A stretch of DNA of 64,000 bases, taken from contig CAJTSO010000002.1 of assembly GCA_910579115.1 (NCBI GenBank), positions 7,040 through 71,039 on the forward strand. Direction: 5' to 3'. The translations under genes were made by a program, and so were the position numbers. A model generated the notes under the pieces. That model made no database searches. It had not been told where the DNA came from and saw nothing but the letters and a program-made list of their open reading frames with translations. Source of the DNA: an uncultured Selenomonadaceae bacterium (lineage in GTDB: Bacteria; Bacillota; Negativicutes; Selenomonadales; Selenomonadaceae). Each line of letters begins with the position of its first letter. Within the stretch, counting starts at the first letter, position 1. This document shows, piece after piece, positions 9,321 through 20,278 of the stretch.

Positions 9321-11801
9321 TTACTTTACAACAATATTTACCAGTTTATTGGGAACAGCGACAACCTTAATTATTTCTCTCGAGGCAGTATACTCCATGA
9401 CCCTTGGATGCTTCGTCGCTGCTTCACCGAGAGCGTCCTTGTCAAGGTCAGCCGGAACGTTGATGCGCCCGCGAACCTTTCCATTCACCTGAAGAACAAC
9501 CTCAACCTCACTTTGAACAAGGGCAGCTTCTTCATACGAGGGCCACTTCTCAAGGTGTACGCTACTGTTATGACCAGTAAGCTCCCAAAGTTCATCAGCA
9601 ATATGTGGGGCAAAGGGAGCAAGCAGCTTGATTAAGCTAAATACTACCTCTCTGATAAGATTCTTATTGACATTATCTGAGCCCTGGAATTTATAGAAGG
9701 CATTCACCAGTTCCATAATTGAGCTGATTGCCGTATTAAACATGAAACGGCCGTCAATATCAGCTGTTACCTTCTTGATAGTGGCATGAAGGACACGACG
9801 GAGCTCCTTTTCCTCGGGAGTTAGTGCCGACACATCGTATTTGTCACTGCCGGCCTTTGCCATATCGGTGAACTGGTCAATAATTCTCCACACGCGATTG
9901 AGGAACCGGAATGCTCCCTCTACACCGTCGTCGCTCCAATCTAAGTCCCGCTCAGGGGGAGCGGCGAAAAGTATAAACAATCTGGCCGTGTCAGCGCCGT
10001 ATTTACCGATTATTTCCTCAGGAGATACGACATTTCCCTTGGATTTTGACATTTTACCGCCGTCTTTTAGAACCATACCTTGCGTCAAAAGGTTCGTAAA
10101 TGGCTCATCAAAATTAACCCATCCTTCGTCACGAAGCACCTTAGTAAAGAAACGAGAGTAAAGAAGATGTAAAATAGCGTGTTCAATGCCACCAATATAC
10201 TGGTCAACCGGCGCCCAATAATTAACTTTCTCCCTGGAGAATGGCTCTCTGTCATTGAGAGCATCAGTATAACGGAGATAATACCAGGAGGAACAAATAA
10301 ATGTATCCATCGTATCCGTCTCACGTCTGGCCGAACCCCCGCACTTTGGACAAGTACAATTCACAAACTCCTCACACTGAGCCAGGGGAGATACAGACCC
10401 CTGTTCAAAAGATACATTTTGGGGCAACAGAACAGGAAGCTGTTCATCAGGAACAAGCTGCTCGCCGCATTTTTCGCAATAAACAATGGGAATAGGCGCG
10501 CCCCAATATCTTTGACGAGAAACGAGCCAGTCACGGAGGCGGTAATTAACCTTGACTTTAGCATCGCCAAGTTGTTTCTCCACCATCCAATCAGCGATAG
10601 CTTTTCTGGCCTCATCAGAATCCATACCATTAAATTGGGCAGAATTTACCATGATACCTGGTTCAACATAAGCCTCTGTCATGTTGTTCTCATCGATGGG
10701 CGAATCCGGATTATCAACCGTTAAAATCAGCTCAAGGTTATATTTTTTTGCAAACTGAAAATCGCGTTGATCACCGGTTGGTACGCCCATAACTGCGCCA
10801 GTACCATAATCATAGAGGACATAATTAGTTACCCAAACAGGTATCTTTTTCCCGTTTACTGGATTAACGGCATAAACACCAGTGAACATACCCTTCTTTT
10901 CATACTCGGCAGAAGTGCGCTCAATATCACTGCTGTTTTTTGTTTTTTCTACGAATGCGCGAAGCTCCTTTTCATTTTTCTTGCCGGCAATGAACTTTTT
11001 AACCAATGGATGTTCGGCCGCAAGGACAACATAGGTCACGCCAAATACAGTATGAGCACAGGTGGTATAGACAGGAATTTTCTCCCCGTATTCAGGAACA
11101 TCAAAAGAAAACTCCAGACCTTCACTCCGACCAATCCAGTTGTCCTGCATAGTCTTCACTCGGTCCGGCCAACCATTTAACAAAGAAAGATCTTTTTTCA
11201 ATTCGTCAGCATAAGCGGTAATTTTTAAGAACCACTGCGAAAGAGCCTTTTTCCGGACATCATTATCACAGCGCCAGCATTTTCCATCGACTACCTGTTC
11301 ATTGGCCAGGACCGTTCCACACGTATCACACCAGTTTACAGACGCTTCCTTTTTGTAAGCAAGACCGCGCTTATAAAAGGTTTCAAACATCCACTGAGTC
11401 CAACGATAATAATCAGGACGGCAGGTTTCTACCTCCCTGTCCCAATCATAGGAAAGGCCCATTTCCCGCTGCTGACGCTTCATGTTATCAATATTGGAGA
11501 AGGTCCAGTCAGAAGGATGAACTTTATTCTTTATTGCCGCGTTCTCCGCAGGCATACCAAAAGCATCAAAGCCCATGGGATGAATAACATTAAACCCGGC
11601 CATGGTCTTATAGCGGGCAAGAACATCTCCTATGGAGTAATTGCGGACGTGTCCCATGTGAAGATTACCGGACGGATAGGGAAACATTTCCAAAACATAA
11701 TACTTTTCCCTATCCTTAGACATTTCTGTCTTATAGATTTTACTGTCAGACCATTTAGTTTGCCATTTTTTTTCTATTTCACGAGATTTATACTTTAACA
11801 T
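9321..11801 (-). CDS. leuS: leucyl-tRNA synthetase
   Basis: 826 aa with the HMGH and KMSKS class I motifs, the CP1 editing region and zinc-type cysteines. Confidence 0.97.
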   Translation of the reverse strand: MLKYKSREIEKKWQTKWSDSKIYKTEMSKDREKYYVLEMFPYPSGNLHMGHVRNYSIGDVLARYKTMAGFNVIHPMGFDAFGMPAENAAIKNKVHPSDWTFSNIDNMKRQQREMGLSYDWDREVETCRPDYYRWTQWMFETFYKRGLAYKKEASVNWCDTCGTVLANEQVVDGKCWRCDNDVRKKALSQWFLKITAYADELKKDLSLLNGWPDRVKTMQDNWIGRSEGLEFSFDVPEYGEKIPVYTTCAHTVFGVTYVVLAAEHPLVKKFIAGKKNEKELRAFVEKTKNSSDIERTSAEYEKKGMFTGVYAVNPVNGKKIPVWVTNYVLYDYGTGAVMGVPTGDQRDFQFAKKYNLELILTVDNPDSPIDENNMTEAYVEPGIMVNSAQFNGMDSDEARKAIADWMVEKQLGDAKVKVNYRLRDWLVSRQRYWGAPIPIVYCEKCGEQLVPDEQLPVLLPQNVSFEQGSVSPLAQCEEFVNCTCPKCGGSARRETDTMDTFICSSWYYLRYTDALNDREPFSREKVNYWAPVDQYIGGIEHAILHLLYSRFFTKVLRDEGWVNFDEPFTNLLTQGMVLKDGGKMSKSKGNVVSPEEIIGKYGADTARLFILFAAPPERDLDWSDDGVEGAFRFLNRVWRIIDQFTDMAKAGSDKYDVSALTPEEKELRRVLHATIKKVTADIDGRFMFNTAISSIMELVNAFYKFQGSDNVNKNLIREVVFSLIKLLAPFAPHIADELWELTGHNSSVHLEKWPSYEEAALVQSEVEVVLQVNGKVRGRINVPADLDKDALGEAATKHPRVMEYTASREIIKVVAVPNKLVNIVVK

Positions 11802-11821
11802 TTTTCTCCTTCTTCCAACGA

Positions 11822-12127
11822 TTATCTCTTTCGACCAGTCTCTACGGGTACGAGAATTATCTGTTTCCCCTCAAGCCGCGGCTCGATACGATAGTCAACA
11901 ATCCCTGCATCGTATAGCTTAACCTTGAGCTCCAGTAAAAGCTTTCCCAGTTTCTTAACAATGTCCGGGGTAAGATATGCAATATTTATATTGGAGGCAG
12001 GACCCTCCTGAACAGATTTTTTCTCGGTTGCCTTTTCCCTCGCCAGAAACACATCCTCCAGCGTTGGTTCTTCGACAAAATTCTTCAGCATATCCTTATC
12101 GGATAAATTTTTCGGTATCTTTGCCAT
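11822..12127 (-). CDS. small hypothetical protein (101 aa) between glnS and leuS
   Basis: ORF 11822..12217 overlaps the glnS 3' end. The internal ATG at 12127 ([14 protein letters not shown]) begins 10 nt after the glnS stop. I recognise no family. Confidence 0.45.
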   Translation of the reverse strand: MAKIPKNLSDKDMLKNFVEEPTLEDVFLAREKATEKKSVQEGPASNINIAYLTPDIVKKLGKLLLELKVKLYDAGIVDYRIEPRLEGKQIILVPVETGRKR

Positions 12128-12137
12128 ATATTCCGCC

Positions 12138-13811
12138 CTACTTTTTTTGTTCTTTAGCCCAAGAATCACGAAGACCCACAACCCGATTGAAAACAGGTTT
12201 TTCAAACGTAGTATCATTATCTACACAGAAATACCCCTGACGCAGGAACTGATACTTGGTACCGGCAGCAGCATATTTTACACTTGGCTCAATTTTTGAT
12301 TGAATGACCTTCAAGGAATCGGGATTCACTGCTGAAAGGAAATCATCGGGCGTGTCCCCTTTTTCATCAGTCTTAAACAGATAATCATACAATCTGACTT
12401 CTGCATCAAGGGCGGTGGATGATTCAACCCAATGGAGTGTACCCTTTACCTTGCGGCCAGCTGTGGCTCCGCCTTCTTTAGAATCAGGGTCATAGGTGCA
12501 TCTTATTTCTTTAATTGACCCATCATCATTCTTCACTACTTCTTCACACTTAATTATATACGAATATTTAAGCCTGACTTCCCCACCAGGCTTGAGGCGA
12601 AAGAACTTTTTAGGTGGTTCTTCCATAAAATCCTCGGACTCTATAAAAATATCTCTGCCAAAAGGAACAAACCGATTAGTATCGCTATTAGGATTATTAT
12701 CCGCCTTCAAGTATTCAATTTTCCCCTCCGGATAATTTGTGATTACTACCTTGACAGGATACAGAATTGCCATCACACGATCAGCTTTGGCGTTCAAGTC
12801 TTCACGAACAGCGTGCTCAAGCATCCCGGCATCAACAAGACTGTTGCTTTTTGCAACACCAATATCCTCACAGAAAGAACGGATTGCTTTAGCTGTATAA
12901 CCACGGCGACGCAAACCGGAAATGGTCGGCATTCTTGGATCATCCCAGCCGCTCACATACCCTTTCTCAACCAAAAGGCGCAGTTTGCGTTTGCTCATTA
13001 CCGTATTGGTAAGATTCAATCTGGCAAACTCTATTTGTCGCGGCCTGGTATTAACATCAAACCCCAAGGATTCCAATATCCAATTATACAGCGGTCGATG
13101 GTCTTCAAACTCCAGTGTGCATACAGAATGAGTTATCCCCTCAATCGCATCAGAAAGTGGATGAGCAAAATCATACATTGGGTATATACACCATTTATTA
13201 CCAGTACGATGGTGTTCTGTATGAGCTATTCTGTAAAGTACAGGGTCACGCATCGCAATGTTGGGAGAAGCCATGTCAATCTTCGCTCTAAGAACATGCG
13301 AACCATTCTCGAACTCACCATTCTTCATTTTTTCAAAGAGCTCAAGGTTTTCCTCTACACTTCTATTTCGGTATGGACTTTCTCTTCCAGGTTCCGTCAA
13401 TGTCCCCCTATACTGACGTATTTCTTCTCCGGTAAGGTCACATACATATGCCTTCCCCGCCCTTATGAGTTGAACAGCATAATCATAGAGTTTTCCGAAA
13501 TAGTCCGATGCATAAAATTTTCTATCGTCCCAGGTAAAGCCCAGCCATTTGACATCTGCCTGAATTGAATCAACGTATTCTACATCCTCTTTTGCGGGAT
13601 TAGTATCGTCAAAACGTATATTACACTTGCCGCCAAACAACTCTGCCAGGCCAAAATTCAGGCAGATAGATTTTGCATGACCAATATGAAGGTAGCCATT
13701 GGGCTCAGGCGGAAACCTGGTATGTACCCCTTCGGTATATTTACCATTTTTCAAATCCTCCTCAATGGCATTCTGAATGAAATTAGATGCCAACGAAATC
13801 TTGTCAGCCAT
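12138..13811 (-). CDS. glnS: glutaminyl-tRNA synthetase
   Basis: HIGH motif ([11 protein letters not shown]) and VMSKR(K). The ATG at 13811 ([12 protein letters not shown]) is preceded by AAAGGAG. Confidence 0.95.
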   Translation of the reverse strand: MADKISLASNFIQNAIEEDLKNGKYTEGVHTRFPPEPNGYLHIGHAKSICLNFGLAELFGGKCNIRFDDTNPAKEDVEYVDSIQADVKWLGFTWDDRKFYASDYFGKLYDYAVQLIRAGKAYVCDLTGEEIRQYRGTLTEPGRESPYRNRSVEENLELFEKMKNGEFENGSHVLRAKIDMASPNIAMRDPVLYRIAHTEHHRTGNKWCIYPMYDFAHPLSDAIEGITHSVCTLEFEDHRPLYNWILESLGFDVNTRPRQIEFARLNLTNTVMSKRKLRLLVEKGYVSGWDDPRMPTISGLRRRGYTAKAIRSFCEDIGVAKSNSLVDAGMLEHAVREDLNAKADRVMAILYPVKVVITNYPEGKIEYLKADNNPNSDTNRFVPFGRDIFIESEDFMEEPPKKFFRLKPGGEVRLKYSYIIKCEEVVKNDDGSIKEIRCTYDPDSKEGGATAGRKVKGTLHWVESSTALDAEVRLYDYLFKTDEKGDTPDDFLSAVNPDSLKVIQSKIEPSVKYAAAGTKYQFLRQGYFCVDNDTTFEKPVFNRVVGLRDSWAKEQKK

Positions 13812-13901
13812 GCTTATCAATACTCCTTTATGGGCAAAGCCCGGTTTCTTTTTCATTTTAACCGATTTAGTATATCACAAAACTATAGCTGCCGCTATAT
13901 A

Positions 13902-14723
13902 TTAAAGCGCTTCATTACTGCGTTCATTACATTTTTTCTTTACATACTCCTGTAGCCGGATAAGCCCAGGCAATATTTCTTCATTTGGCATAATACATTC
14001 AATAATCCTGTCAATATAACCGGCCTCTACAATTCTCTTCATCGTCCAGGAATAATTTATATCATATACCCATATCAGTCTGATGATCTTTCGATCATCC
14101 TCCGTCTCAATTTTTGAATAATCACACTGGATGCCCTGGTTGAATTCCTCAACAAATTTTTGATTTATCCCTGAGCCATCCGATGGCTCCAAATATGGAC
14201 TTAGCACTCTAAAAATATCAAGCTTATCAGCATCACGGATAATTTTCGCAAACAATAGATTCCGTTCATCATCGGTTGGCGCTATAACCCGTTTGTTATG
14301 ATTAAGTATTGAGAAAGTAATTATCTTTCTATCGGTTTGAGATAATTCATTCAGCAGTCCCGTATCAGATATAACTTTAATTCCCAACTTAGCATGGTCC
14401 TCTGATTGGGCATCAAAAAATGTCTTGTAGACCTGGAACTGCCTGAATCTTCCTACATCATGAAGCAACCCAATGAGCTCTGAAAGAAAAACATCATGAT
14501 CTCGTAATCCTAATTCTATTGCCAGTTCTTTTGAATGACTCTGAACATACCCAGTATGTTCCAATTTCATTTTTGCTGCTTCTACAACCCGCTGGTCTGG
14601 ATCGTAAAAAAACGATTCCGCATATGTATGTACAAATGACCCGCATTTTTTTATAAATGCAGCTTCCTGTTCTTTATAATTACAGGCAGTTTTATTTGCA
14701 TCTCTCTTTTCCAAATTCAACAA
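13902..14723 (-). CDS. HD-domain metal-dependent phosphohydrolase, specific function unknown
   Basis: 273 aa with H...LLHDVGR...DADKLD, the HD-superfamily metal ligands. It uses a TTG start (14723 or 14717). By eye it is AT-rich. Confidence 0.7.
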   Translation of the reverse strand: MLNLEKRDANKTACNYKEQEAAFIKKCGSFVHTYAESFFYDPDQRVVEAAKMKLEHTGYVQSHSKELAIELGLRDHDVFLSELIGLLHDVGRFRQFQVYKTFFDAQSEDHAKLGIKVISDTGLLNELSQTDRKIITFSILNHNKRVIAPTDDERNLLFAKIIRDADKLDIFRVLSPYLEPSDGSGINQKFVEEFNQGIQCDYSKIETEDDRKIIRLIWVYDINYSWTMKRIVEAGYIDRIIECIMPNEEILPGLIRLQEYVKKKCNERSNEAL

Positions 14724-14992
14724 CCTCGTATTTCAATAGTATTCCCATAGCTCATATAAGCGCATTATACCGCCCCGTGGTTCCAAGAAAAAGTCTTGGC
14801 TGTTTTCATTCCTTCTACACTTTATTGAAGATAAAGATATAATCTCCACCTTACAATCTCCAAAAGATCTACCGCCACTTACTTATTTGAAGCGGCAGGC
14901 ATATTTTAGGCGTTTTAACAACCCTCGAGCGTTGAATGCCATTAAGCATAAACTGCCTTGCAGTTTCCCCAAAGACAGCGCCATAAATTATT

Positions 14993-15026
14993 AAGGCGAG
15001 GCCTGAAAAACATCAGACCTCGCCCT
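14993..15026 (-). terminator. probable terminator after the receiver gene (end of the chemosensory operon)
   Basis: Minus strand reads AGGGCGAGG, 16-nt loop, CCTCGCCTT, followed by AATAATTTAT. The U-tract is weak. Confidence 0.45.
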
Positions 15027-15042
15027 AAACATAAAAGCAAAA

Positions 15043-15456
15043 TCACAATTCGCTATTTTTAACCGGCTCAAATCCCAAATTTTGAATTACTTCATTTACC
15101 TTTTCAGTATCAATGGGTTTCGTTGCATAAGCATCACAACCAAGCTTAAAAGCTTCATCCACATAACTAACATCAGCAAGAGCAGTCATTACCATGATGC
15201 GAAGACGATTCTCAACCGGAATTTGTTGCTGCGCTTCTATCGCTCTTATCACTTTAAGAACTTTAAGACCATCAGCCTTTGGCATCATAACATCAAGGCA
15301 AAGAAGGTCATATGGTTCATTATTCTTCCATGCCGCCATGCAATAATCAAGAGCATCGACACCGTCTATTGCCAAGTCACACTCGCCATAGGCAGACATA
15401 AATTCCTTCAAAAACGTCCGATTAACACGATCGTCTTCTGCAATTAAGATCTTCAT
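15043..15456 (-). CDS. stand-alone response-regulator receiver domain (CheY-like, no output domain)
   Basis: MKILIAEDD...LLCLDVMMP...MVMTAL...ATKP gives the DD / D / T / K receiver residues. The ATG at 15456 follows AGAGGAG. Confidence 0.85.
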   Translation of the reverse strand: MKILIAEDDRVNRTFLKEFMSAYGECDLAIDGVDALDYCMAAWKNNEPYDLLCLDVMMPKADGLKVLKVIRAIEAQQQIPVENRLRIMVMTALADVSYVDEAFKLGCDAYATKPIDTEKVNEVIQNLGFEPVKNSEL

Positions 15457-15619
15457 AATTATACTCCTCTTATATAAATTAACCGGCAATCTTTACTTTG
15501 AAAGCTCATCCATGCAATACTTCATGAGATCGGCAATATCCTCGCCACCATCGTTTGTCTCTCGACGAGGCGTTGGATTCACAAAAACACTACGCGAACG
15601 GATTACTTCGTCAACAGAG

Positions 15620-17173
15620 TCAAACCTCGTGGCATGGTATCCAGAAAGAAAAAACACTTCCTTCACCAGCTTTTGAAGATACACCCACATTGCCTGACAT
15701 CAAGTCAACAAGTTCTTTTGTTATCCTCAACCCCAAGCCTGTGCCACCAAATCTCCTCGTACTTGAACCGTCAACCTGACTAAAAGGCTTGAACAGCTTT
15801 GAAAGGTCAGCCTTTATCATTCCTATTCCGGTGTCCCTAATTGAAAATTCCAAAACAGGATTACCTGATCGCTCGCCCTTGACAACCTTTATCGTAACAC
15901 CACCCGAATTAGTGAATTTGATTGCATTACCGATCAGATTATGAAGAATCTGACGAATTCTCAAAGCATCACCACTAATGTATCGTGGCAAATCATCAGC
16001 CAATTGAGTTTCTATGTAGAGGCCCTTTTCCATTGCGGCTCTTTTTTGCGTGGACAATACCTGATTAAGATTCTTCATAAAATCAAATCTTGTGATATCC
16101 AGCTTCAGCGAGCCACTCTCCAGTCTGGAAAAATCTAAAATATCATTTATTATATTCAGCAGATACTTTGAACATTCCTTAGCTGAATTAAGATTATCAC
16201 GCTGATAATCAGTCATTTTCGTCCGCAAGGTAAGGTCGATCATTCCCACCATACCAGTAATGGGCGTCCTGATTTCATGACTCATATTAGCAAGGAATTG
16301 GCCTTTCGCCTTGCTTGCAGCTTCCGCTGCCGCTTTGGCCTGCTCCAATTCGTACTCATATTTCTTTCGATCTGAGATATCTATAAGGGATATAATTACA
16401 TGTCTTTCTTCATTCGCAACAGCAGTTGCAACACATACTCTAAGCCATATTAACCGGCTGTCGCCAGCCCGGCACATGGCAATATCAAACTGGTCATCAT
16501 ACTGACCATCTGAGTCAACAGCTTGCTTAATGTGGTTATTTATTGAACATAATATACAATTACGCCCATTTCCACAACCTGCTTCTACGCTGTTTTTGCA
16601 CTCAAAAACATCACCAAACCGCCTGCCTATTGCAGAATGAGCAGTTGACTCTAACATCTGCTCCGCTGCCCTATTCAAGTCAACAATACAGCCACGCGCA
16701 TCGACAACCAGAAGCCCAACGACAACAGCAGAAAATATAGTCCGCAGGTACTGCTGATTATCCTCAAGCTTCAACTCTAATTGCCTCAGGCCGGTGATAT
16801 CTCTAAACAGAGACGAACTACCTCTTAACCCACCATCTTTTCCGATAATCGGTGTACTTGTGGCCGAAATGTAAGTGATACTTCCATCCGGCCACTTGAT
16901 ACCCGAATTTATCCGCAACTCAACGGATATTTTCTCCTCCAAAGCCTGCTTAATTGGACTATTTATCCGAACATTGGAGGCCAAATCATAGATTGCACAT
17001 ACATCATCAAAATACTTGCCACGAACATTATCGGCTAATCCCAAAATTTTAACAGCTGCTTCATTCAAATATTTGATACGACCAACTTCATCGGTAATCA
17101 AAATACCATCTCGAACGTCGCTGATAAGCTCAGTCAAAACCTTGGCATCGCTTTCTGCTATAATGTCCCGCAT
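15620..17173 (-). CDS. cytoplasmic sensor histidine kinase: two PAS-like modules + HisKA + HATPase_c
   Basis: 517 aa with no hydrophobic N-terminus. H-box FLANMSHEIRTPITGM, N-box LHNLIGNAIKFT, G-boxes DTGIGM and GGTGLGL. A GGGGGGAGG RBS precedes it. Confidence 0.9.
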   Translation of the reverse strand: MRDIIAESDAKVLTELISDVRDGILITDEVGRIKYLNEAAVKILGLADNVRGKYFDDVCAIYDLASNVRINSPIKQALEEKISVELRINSGIKWPDGSITYISATSTPIIGKDGGLRGSSSLFRDITGLRQLELKLEDNQQYLRTIFSAVVVGLLVVDARGCIVDLNRAAEQMLESTAHSAIGRRFGDVFECKNSVEAGCGNGRNCILCSINNHIKQAVDSDGQYDDQFDIAMCRAGDSRLIWLRVCVATAVANEERHVIISLIDISDRKKYEYELEQAKAAAEAASKAKGQFLANMSHEIRTPITGMVGMIDLTLRTKMTDYQRDNLNSAKECSKYLLNIINDILDFSRLESGSLKLDITRFDFMKNLNQVLSTQKRAAMEKGLYIETQLADDLPRYISGDALRIRQILHNLIGNAIKFTNSGGVTIKVVKGERSGNPVLEFSIRDTGIGMIKADLSKLFKPFSQVDGSSTRRFGGTGLGLRITKELVDLMSGNVGVSSKAGEGSVFSFWIPCHEV

Positions 17174-17245
17174 CTACTCATTCCTCCCCCCTTTATCAAT
17201 CTGAGAAGCTAAACAAAACCATCTGGTATTTCCCCGAAAAAATCT

Positions 17246-18601
17246 TTATTTACTTCCTGCAGCAATAGCCATAATCGAGCCTGCTATAGAATCCAGCGGC
17301 ATCTGCCTTTGTACAGCGCCGATATCCCAAGCTGCTTTAGGCATTCCGTATACAACGCAGGTTCTCTCATCCTGCCCAAGAGTGGTAGCACCAGCTTTTC
17401 TCATCTTCAACAAACCATCGGCTCCATCTTTTCCCATACCAGTCAGAATCACGCCCAAAGCTTCTTTTCCGTACAAATCCGCCACCGTATCAAACAACAC
17501 ATCAACCGCAGGACAAACGCTATTTACAGGTTTGCCCGGAGCACATTCTATTTTTGTGCCGGTGATAGTGCTGACCAACCTCATATGCAAGCCACCAGGG
17601 GCGATGTACACATGATTGGCCTCCAACCTATCACCGTCTTTTGCTTCTCTGATCTCTAAAACACACTCATCATTAAGGCGCTCAGCAAAAAGACGGGAAA
17701 AATTGGCAGGGATATGCTGAACAATAACTATAGGTGGCAAAGGAGGCCTTAAAGCTGTAATAACCTTCGTCAAGGCCATGGTTCCTCCGGTAGAAGCGCC
17801 TATGGCTATAAGAGTAATCTTTTTTGTCTTTAAGGAGATTTTCCCGGATTCAGTCTTTGAACCAGTATCCTCTTCCGACGCTGAAGCTGCATTCACATCA
17901 GAGCTACTCTCAAAATTGCTATCATTTTGAACCTCACTTACAGGATAATCTTCTTTATCCTGTGCCCTCCTCCTATTATAGGAAGGGGGACCCATAAAGA
18001 CGCTACCAGGGCTAACACTTACCCCTCGTTTTATGACTTTATAGTTCGATTCAGCGATAGCCTCACCCCTAGACAAATACATAGCGGTAACTTCTGCCGC
18101 TGACTTTGGATTTACAGCGCGTTTGCGATCCTCTGCCGGTTTAGAAACCGGCTTTTCATCGCTTTGTCTACCCTTGTCACCGTACCATTCATACGGTCTA
18201 GTATGAATCCTCCGAAGGGAAGCAGTTTTTAATCGCAGGGCAATATCACTAAGATATGTATCATCAAATTTCCTGCCTGAACCAGGTTTTGCAACAAAAT
18301 CGCAAGCGCCTGCAGAAAGTGCCTCCGAGCAATACTCATCATCGGCACTCATTACAACAGTCGGTAGCGGATACTGAGCCAGAAGGCGTTTCAGGAACTC
18401 TATCCCATCCAGTTTTGGCATCTCCACATCCAACAACATAACATCAGGCTTGAACTCTAGTATCTTGTCCCTTGCCGAAAAAGGGTTATCAGCCCTTTCA
18501 AGAACACTTCCCTCCGGAAGAAATCTTCCCAACTCTTTGAAGAGTGTCTCACGGAAAATGAGTGAATCATCAACTATAAGCACTCTCAAAACTTTGTTCA
18601 T
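17246..18601 (-). CDS. cheB: protein-glutamate methylesterase CheB (receiver + unusually long linker + methylesterase)
   Basis: Receiver region VLIVDDS...LLDVEMPKLDG. The C-terminal part has IAIGASTGG, VQHIPANF and GMGKDGADG, the CheB catalytic motifs. The ATG at 18601 follows AAGGAAA. Confidence 0.88.
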   Translation of the reverse strand: MNKVLRVLIVDDSLIFRETLFKELGRFLPEGSVLERADNPFSARDKILEFKPDVMLLDVEMPKLDGIEFLKRLLAQYPLPTVVMSADDEYCSEALSAGACDFVAKPGSGRKFDDTYLSDIALRLKTASLRRIHTRPYEWYGDKGRQSDEKPVSKPAEDRKRAVNPKSAAEVTAMYLSRGEAIAESNYKVIKRGVSVSPGSVFMGPPSYNRRRAQDKEDYPVSEVQNDSNFESSSDVNAASASEEDTGSKTESGKISLKTKKITLIAIGASTGGTMALTKVITALRPPLPPIVIVQHIPANFSRLFAERLNDECVLEIREAKDGDRLEANHVYIAPGGLHMRLVSTITGTKIECAPGKPVNSVCPAVDVLFDTVADLYGKEALGVILTGMGKDGADGLLKMRKAGATTLGQDERTCVVYGMPKAAWDIGAVQRQMPLDSIAGSIMAIAAGSK

Positions 18602-18650
18602 TTTACGAAATTTCCTTTGTCTGGGCAAACATTCTTAAAAATACAAGGAA

Positions 18651-20261
18651 TTATCGCTCATCATCGGTCAGAACAATTCTAGTCGGCGCTTCATCAGCGG
18701 AGCCGTAATCTTCGTCGGCACCAATCTTAAAGCGACCAGCCAACTTGTTCAAATTGAACGCCTCACGGCTGAGTTCTTCACTGGCAGCAGCAGTTTCCTC
18801 AGAGGAAGCAGAGTTTGCTTCAACAACCTTGGATACCTGAAGGACTCCCTCATTTACCTGTTCTATAGCGCTACGCTGCTCGTTGGAAGCAGCTGCAATA
18901 GAATCAACAATATCTGCAGTCTCAGACACATTATTGACAATAGCACCAAGAGATGTTGCGGTCTTTTGAGCGATACTTCTTCCTTCTGCAACGCGAGAGA
19001 TAGAATCCTCAATCATGTCGGTAGTCTCTTTAGCCGCCTTGGCACTCCGGGCAGCCAAATTACGTACTTCTTCAGCAACTACCGCGAATCCCTTACCATG
19101 CTGGCCTGCACGGGCAGCTTCCACAGCCGCATTGAGAGCCAGTATGTTTGTCTGGAAAGCAATCTCATCAATTACCTTTATAATCTTGGAAATACTGGTG
19201 GAGGATTCGTTGATGGCTTCCATTGCATCAAGCATCTGACGCATAGACTGATTGCCATCATTAGCTGCAGATTTTGCTTTCATGCTCAAATCAGAGGCAT
19301 GATTTGCCGAATCTGCATTGCTGGTAGTCTGTGCAGAAATCTCGGAAATAGTGGTTGACAGCTCCTGAATGGACGCTGCCTGCTCGGTTGCTCCCTGAGA
19401 GAGAGAAATGCTGGCATCGGAAATATTTTTTGCACCAGTGGAAACTTGTTCAGCAGTGTCACGAATATCGGAAATGGCTCTCTTTACATTGCGCCTCATC
19501 TTCTCAAAAGCTTCACCGGCCATAGAGAGCTCATCTCCGCCGCTTTCTTCAAAGGGCTCGGACAAATCACCATCGGCAATCTTAAAAGCTGCTTCCTTAA
19601 AGTGATTGATTCTGCTGGCAGTATTGTTAGCAAGACGAATACCAGCAAAGAGAGAACCACCCACGATTATCACTGCTGCAATAACCAGCGTAGTTACATT
19701 TGAGGCGTTCCGGCTGGAAAGCTCATCCATCTCCCTCGTATTTGCCAGCTCTGCATTCTTAAATATCTGGCCGCAGTGTTCGCGGAAAGCAGCAACATGA
19801 CGCTCAGCCTCAGCCAATGCTCCCATATTAACATTGCCGTCCGCCATAGGAACAAGGGCCACCCCCCTGGCCTTACGGTACTGTTCAACATCATTCTGCA
19901 AAGTTTTAACCACCGCTTTGCTGGAATCAGTGTAAACCTTTGCCGCCAACCTTTTTAAATGCTCATCAATGAGAGGATTAAACTCTTCTGCTTTTGCCAG
20001 GCACTTATTACGAGCAGAAATCTCCGTCTGGAGGAGGGCTCGCAGCGTCTCAGCGTGAGTAGCATTAAAATACCGACCGGCTGCGTAAGTCTCTACCTTG
20101 GATTCAACATCAATATCAATAATTCTATTGTAGCTTGCAGCCATCATATCTTGCTGATAAATACTGAATATCACGGAGACAATGATAAGTAAACCCATGC
20201 TGACTATCGTGCCCACAAGTTTGTTCTTAATTGACATTGAAGATTTTTTTACTCTTGCCAT
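18651..20261 (-). CDS. methyl-accepting chemotaxis protein (2 TM, periplasmic 4-helix-bundle-like sensor, HAMP, MA domain)
   Basis: Conserved signalling hairpin [38 protein letters not shown]. There are two hydrophobic segments. The ATG at 20261 follows GAGGTG. Confidence 0.9.
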   Translation of the reverse strand: MARVKKSSMSIKNKLVGTIVSMGLLIIVSVIFSIYQQDMMAASYNRIIDIDVESKVETYAAGRYFNATHAETLRALLQTEISARNKCLAKAEEFNPLIDEHLKRLAAKVYTDSSKAVVKTLQNDVEQYRKARGVALVPMADGNVNMGALAEAERHVAAFREHCGQIFKNAELANTREMDELSSRNASNVTTLVIAAVIIVGGSLFAGIRLANNTASRINHFKEAAFKIADGDLSEPFEESGGDELSMAGEAFEKMRRNVKRAISDIRDTAEQVSTGAKNISDASISLSQGATEQAASIQELSTTISEISAQTTSNADSANHASDLSMKAKSAANDGNQSMRQMLDAMEAINESSTSISKIIKVIDEIAFQTNILALNAAVEAARAGQHGKGFAVVAEEVRNLAARSAKAAKETTDMIEDSISRVAEGRSIAQKTATSLGAIVNNVSETADIVDSIAAASNEQRSAIEQVNEGVLQVSKVVEANSASSEETAAASEELSREAFNLNKLAGRFKIGADEDYGSADEAPTRIVLTDDER

Positions 20262-20278
20262 TATTCGCACCTCAAATC

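Noticed and set aside
15493-15690. 65-aa minus-strand ORF overlapping the 3' end of the PAS kinase, next to a T6 run (A6 on the plus strand, 15645-15650). I considered whether the kinase is frameshifted and originally longer.
   Set aside because: The kinase already ends after a complete HATPase_c G2 box and the usual ...GSVFSFWIP tail. The extra ORF translation (..FDSVDEVIRSRSVFVNPTPRRETNDGGEDIADLMKYCMDELSK) resembles neither an HPt nor a receiver domain. It is most likely non-coding spacer.
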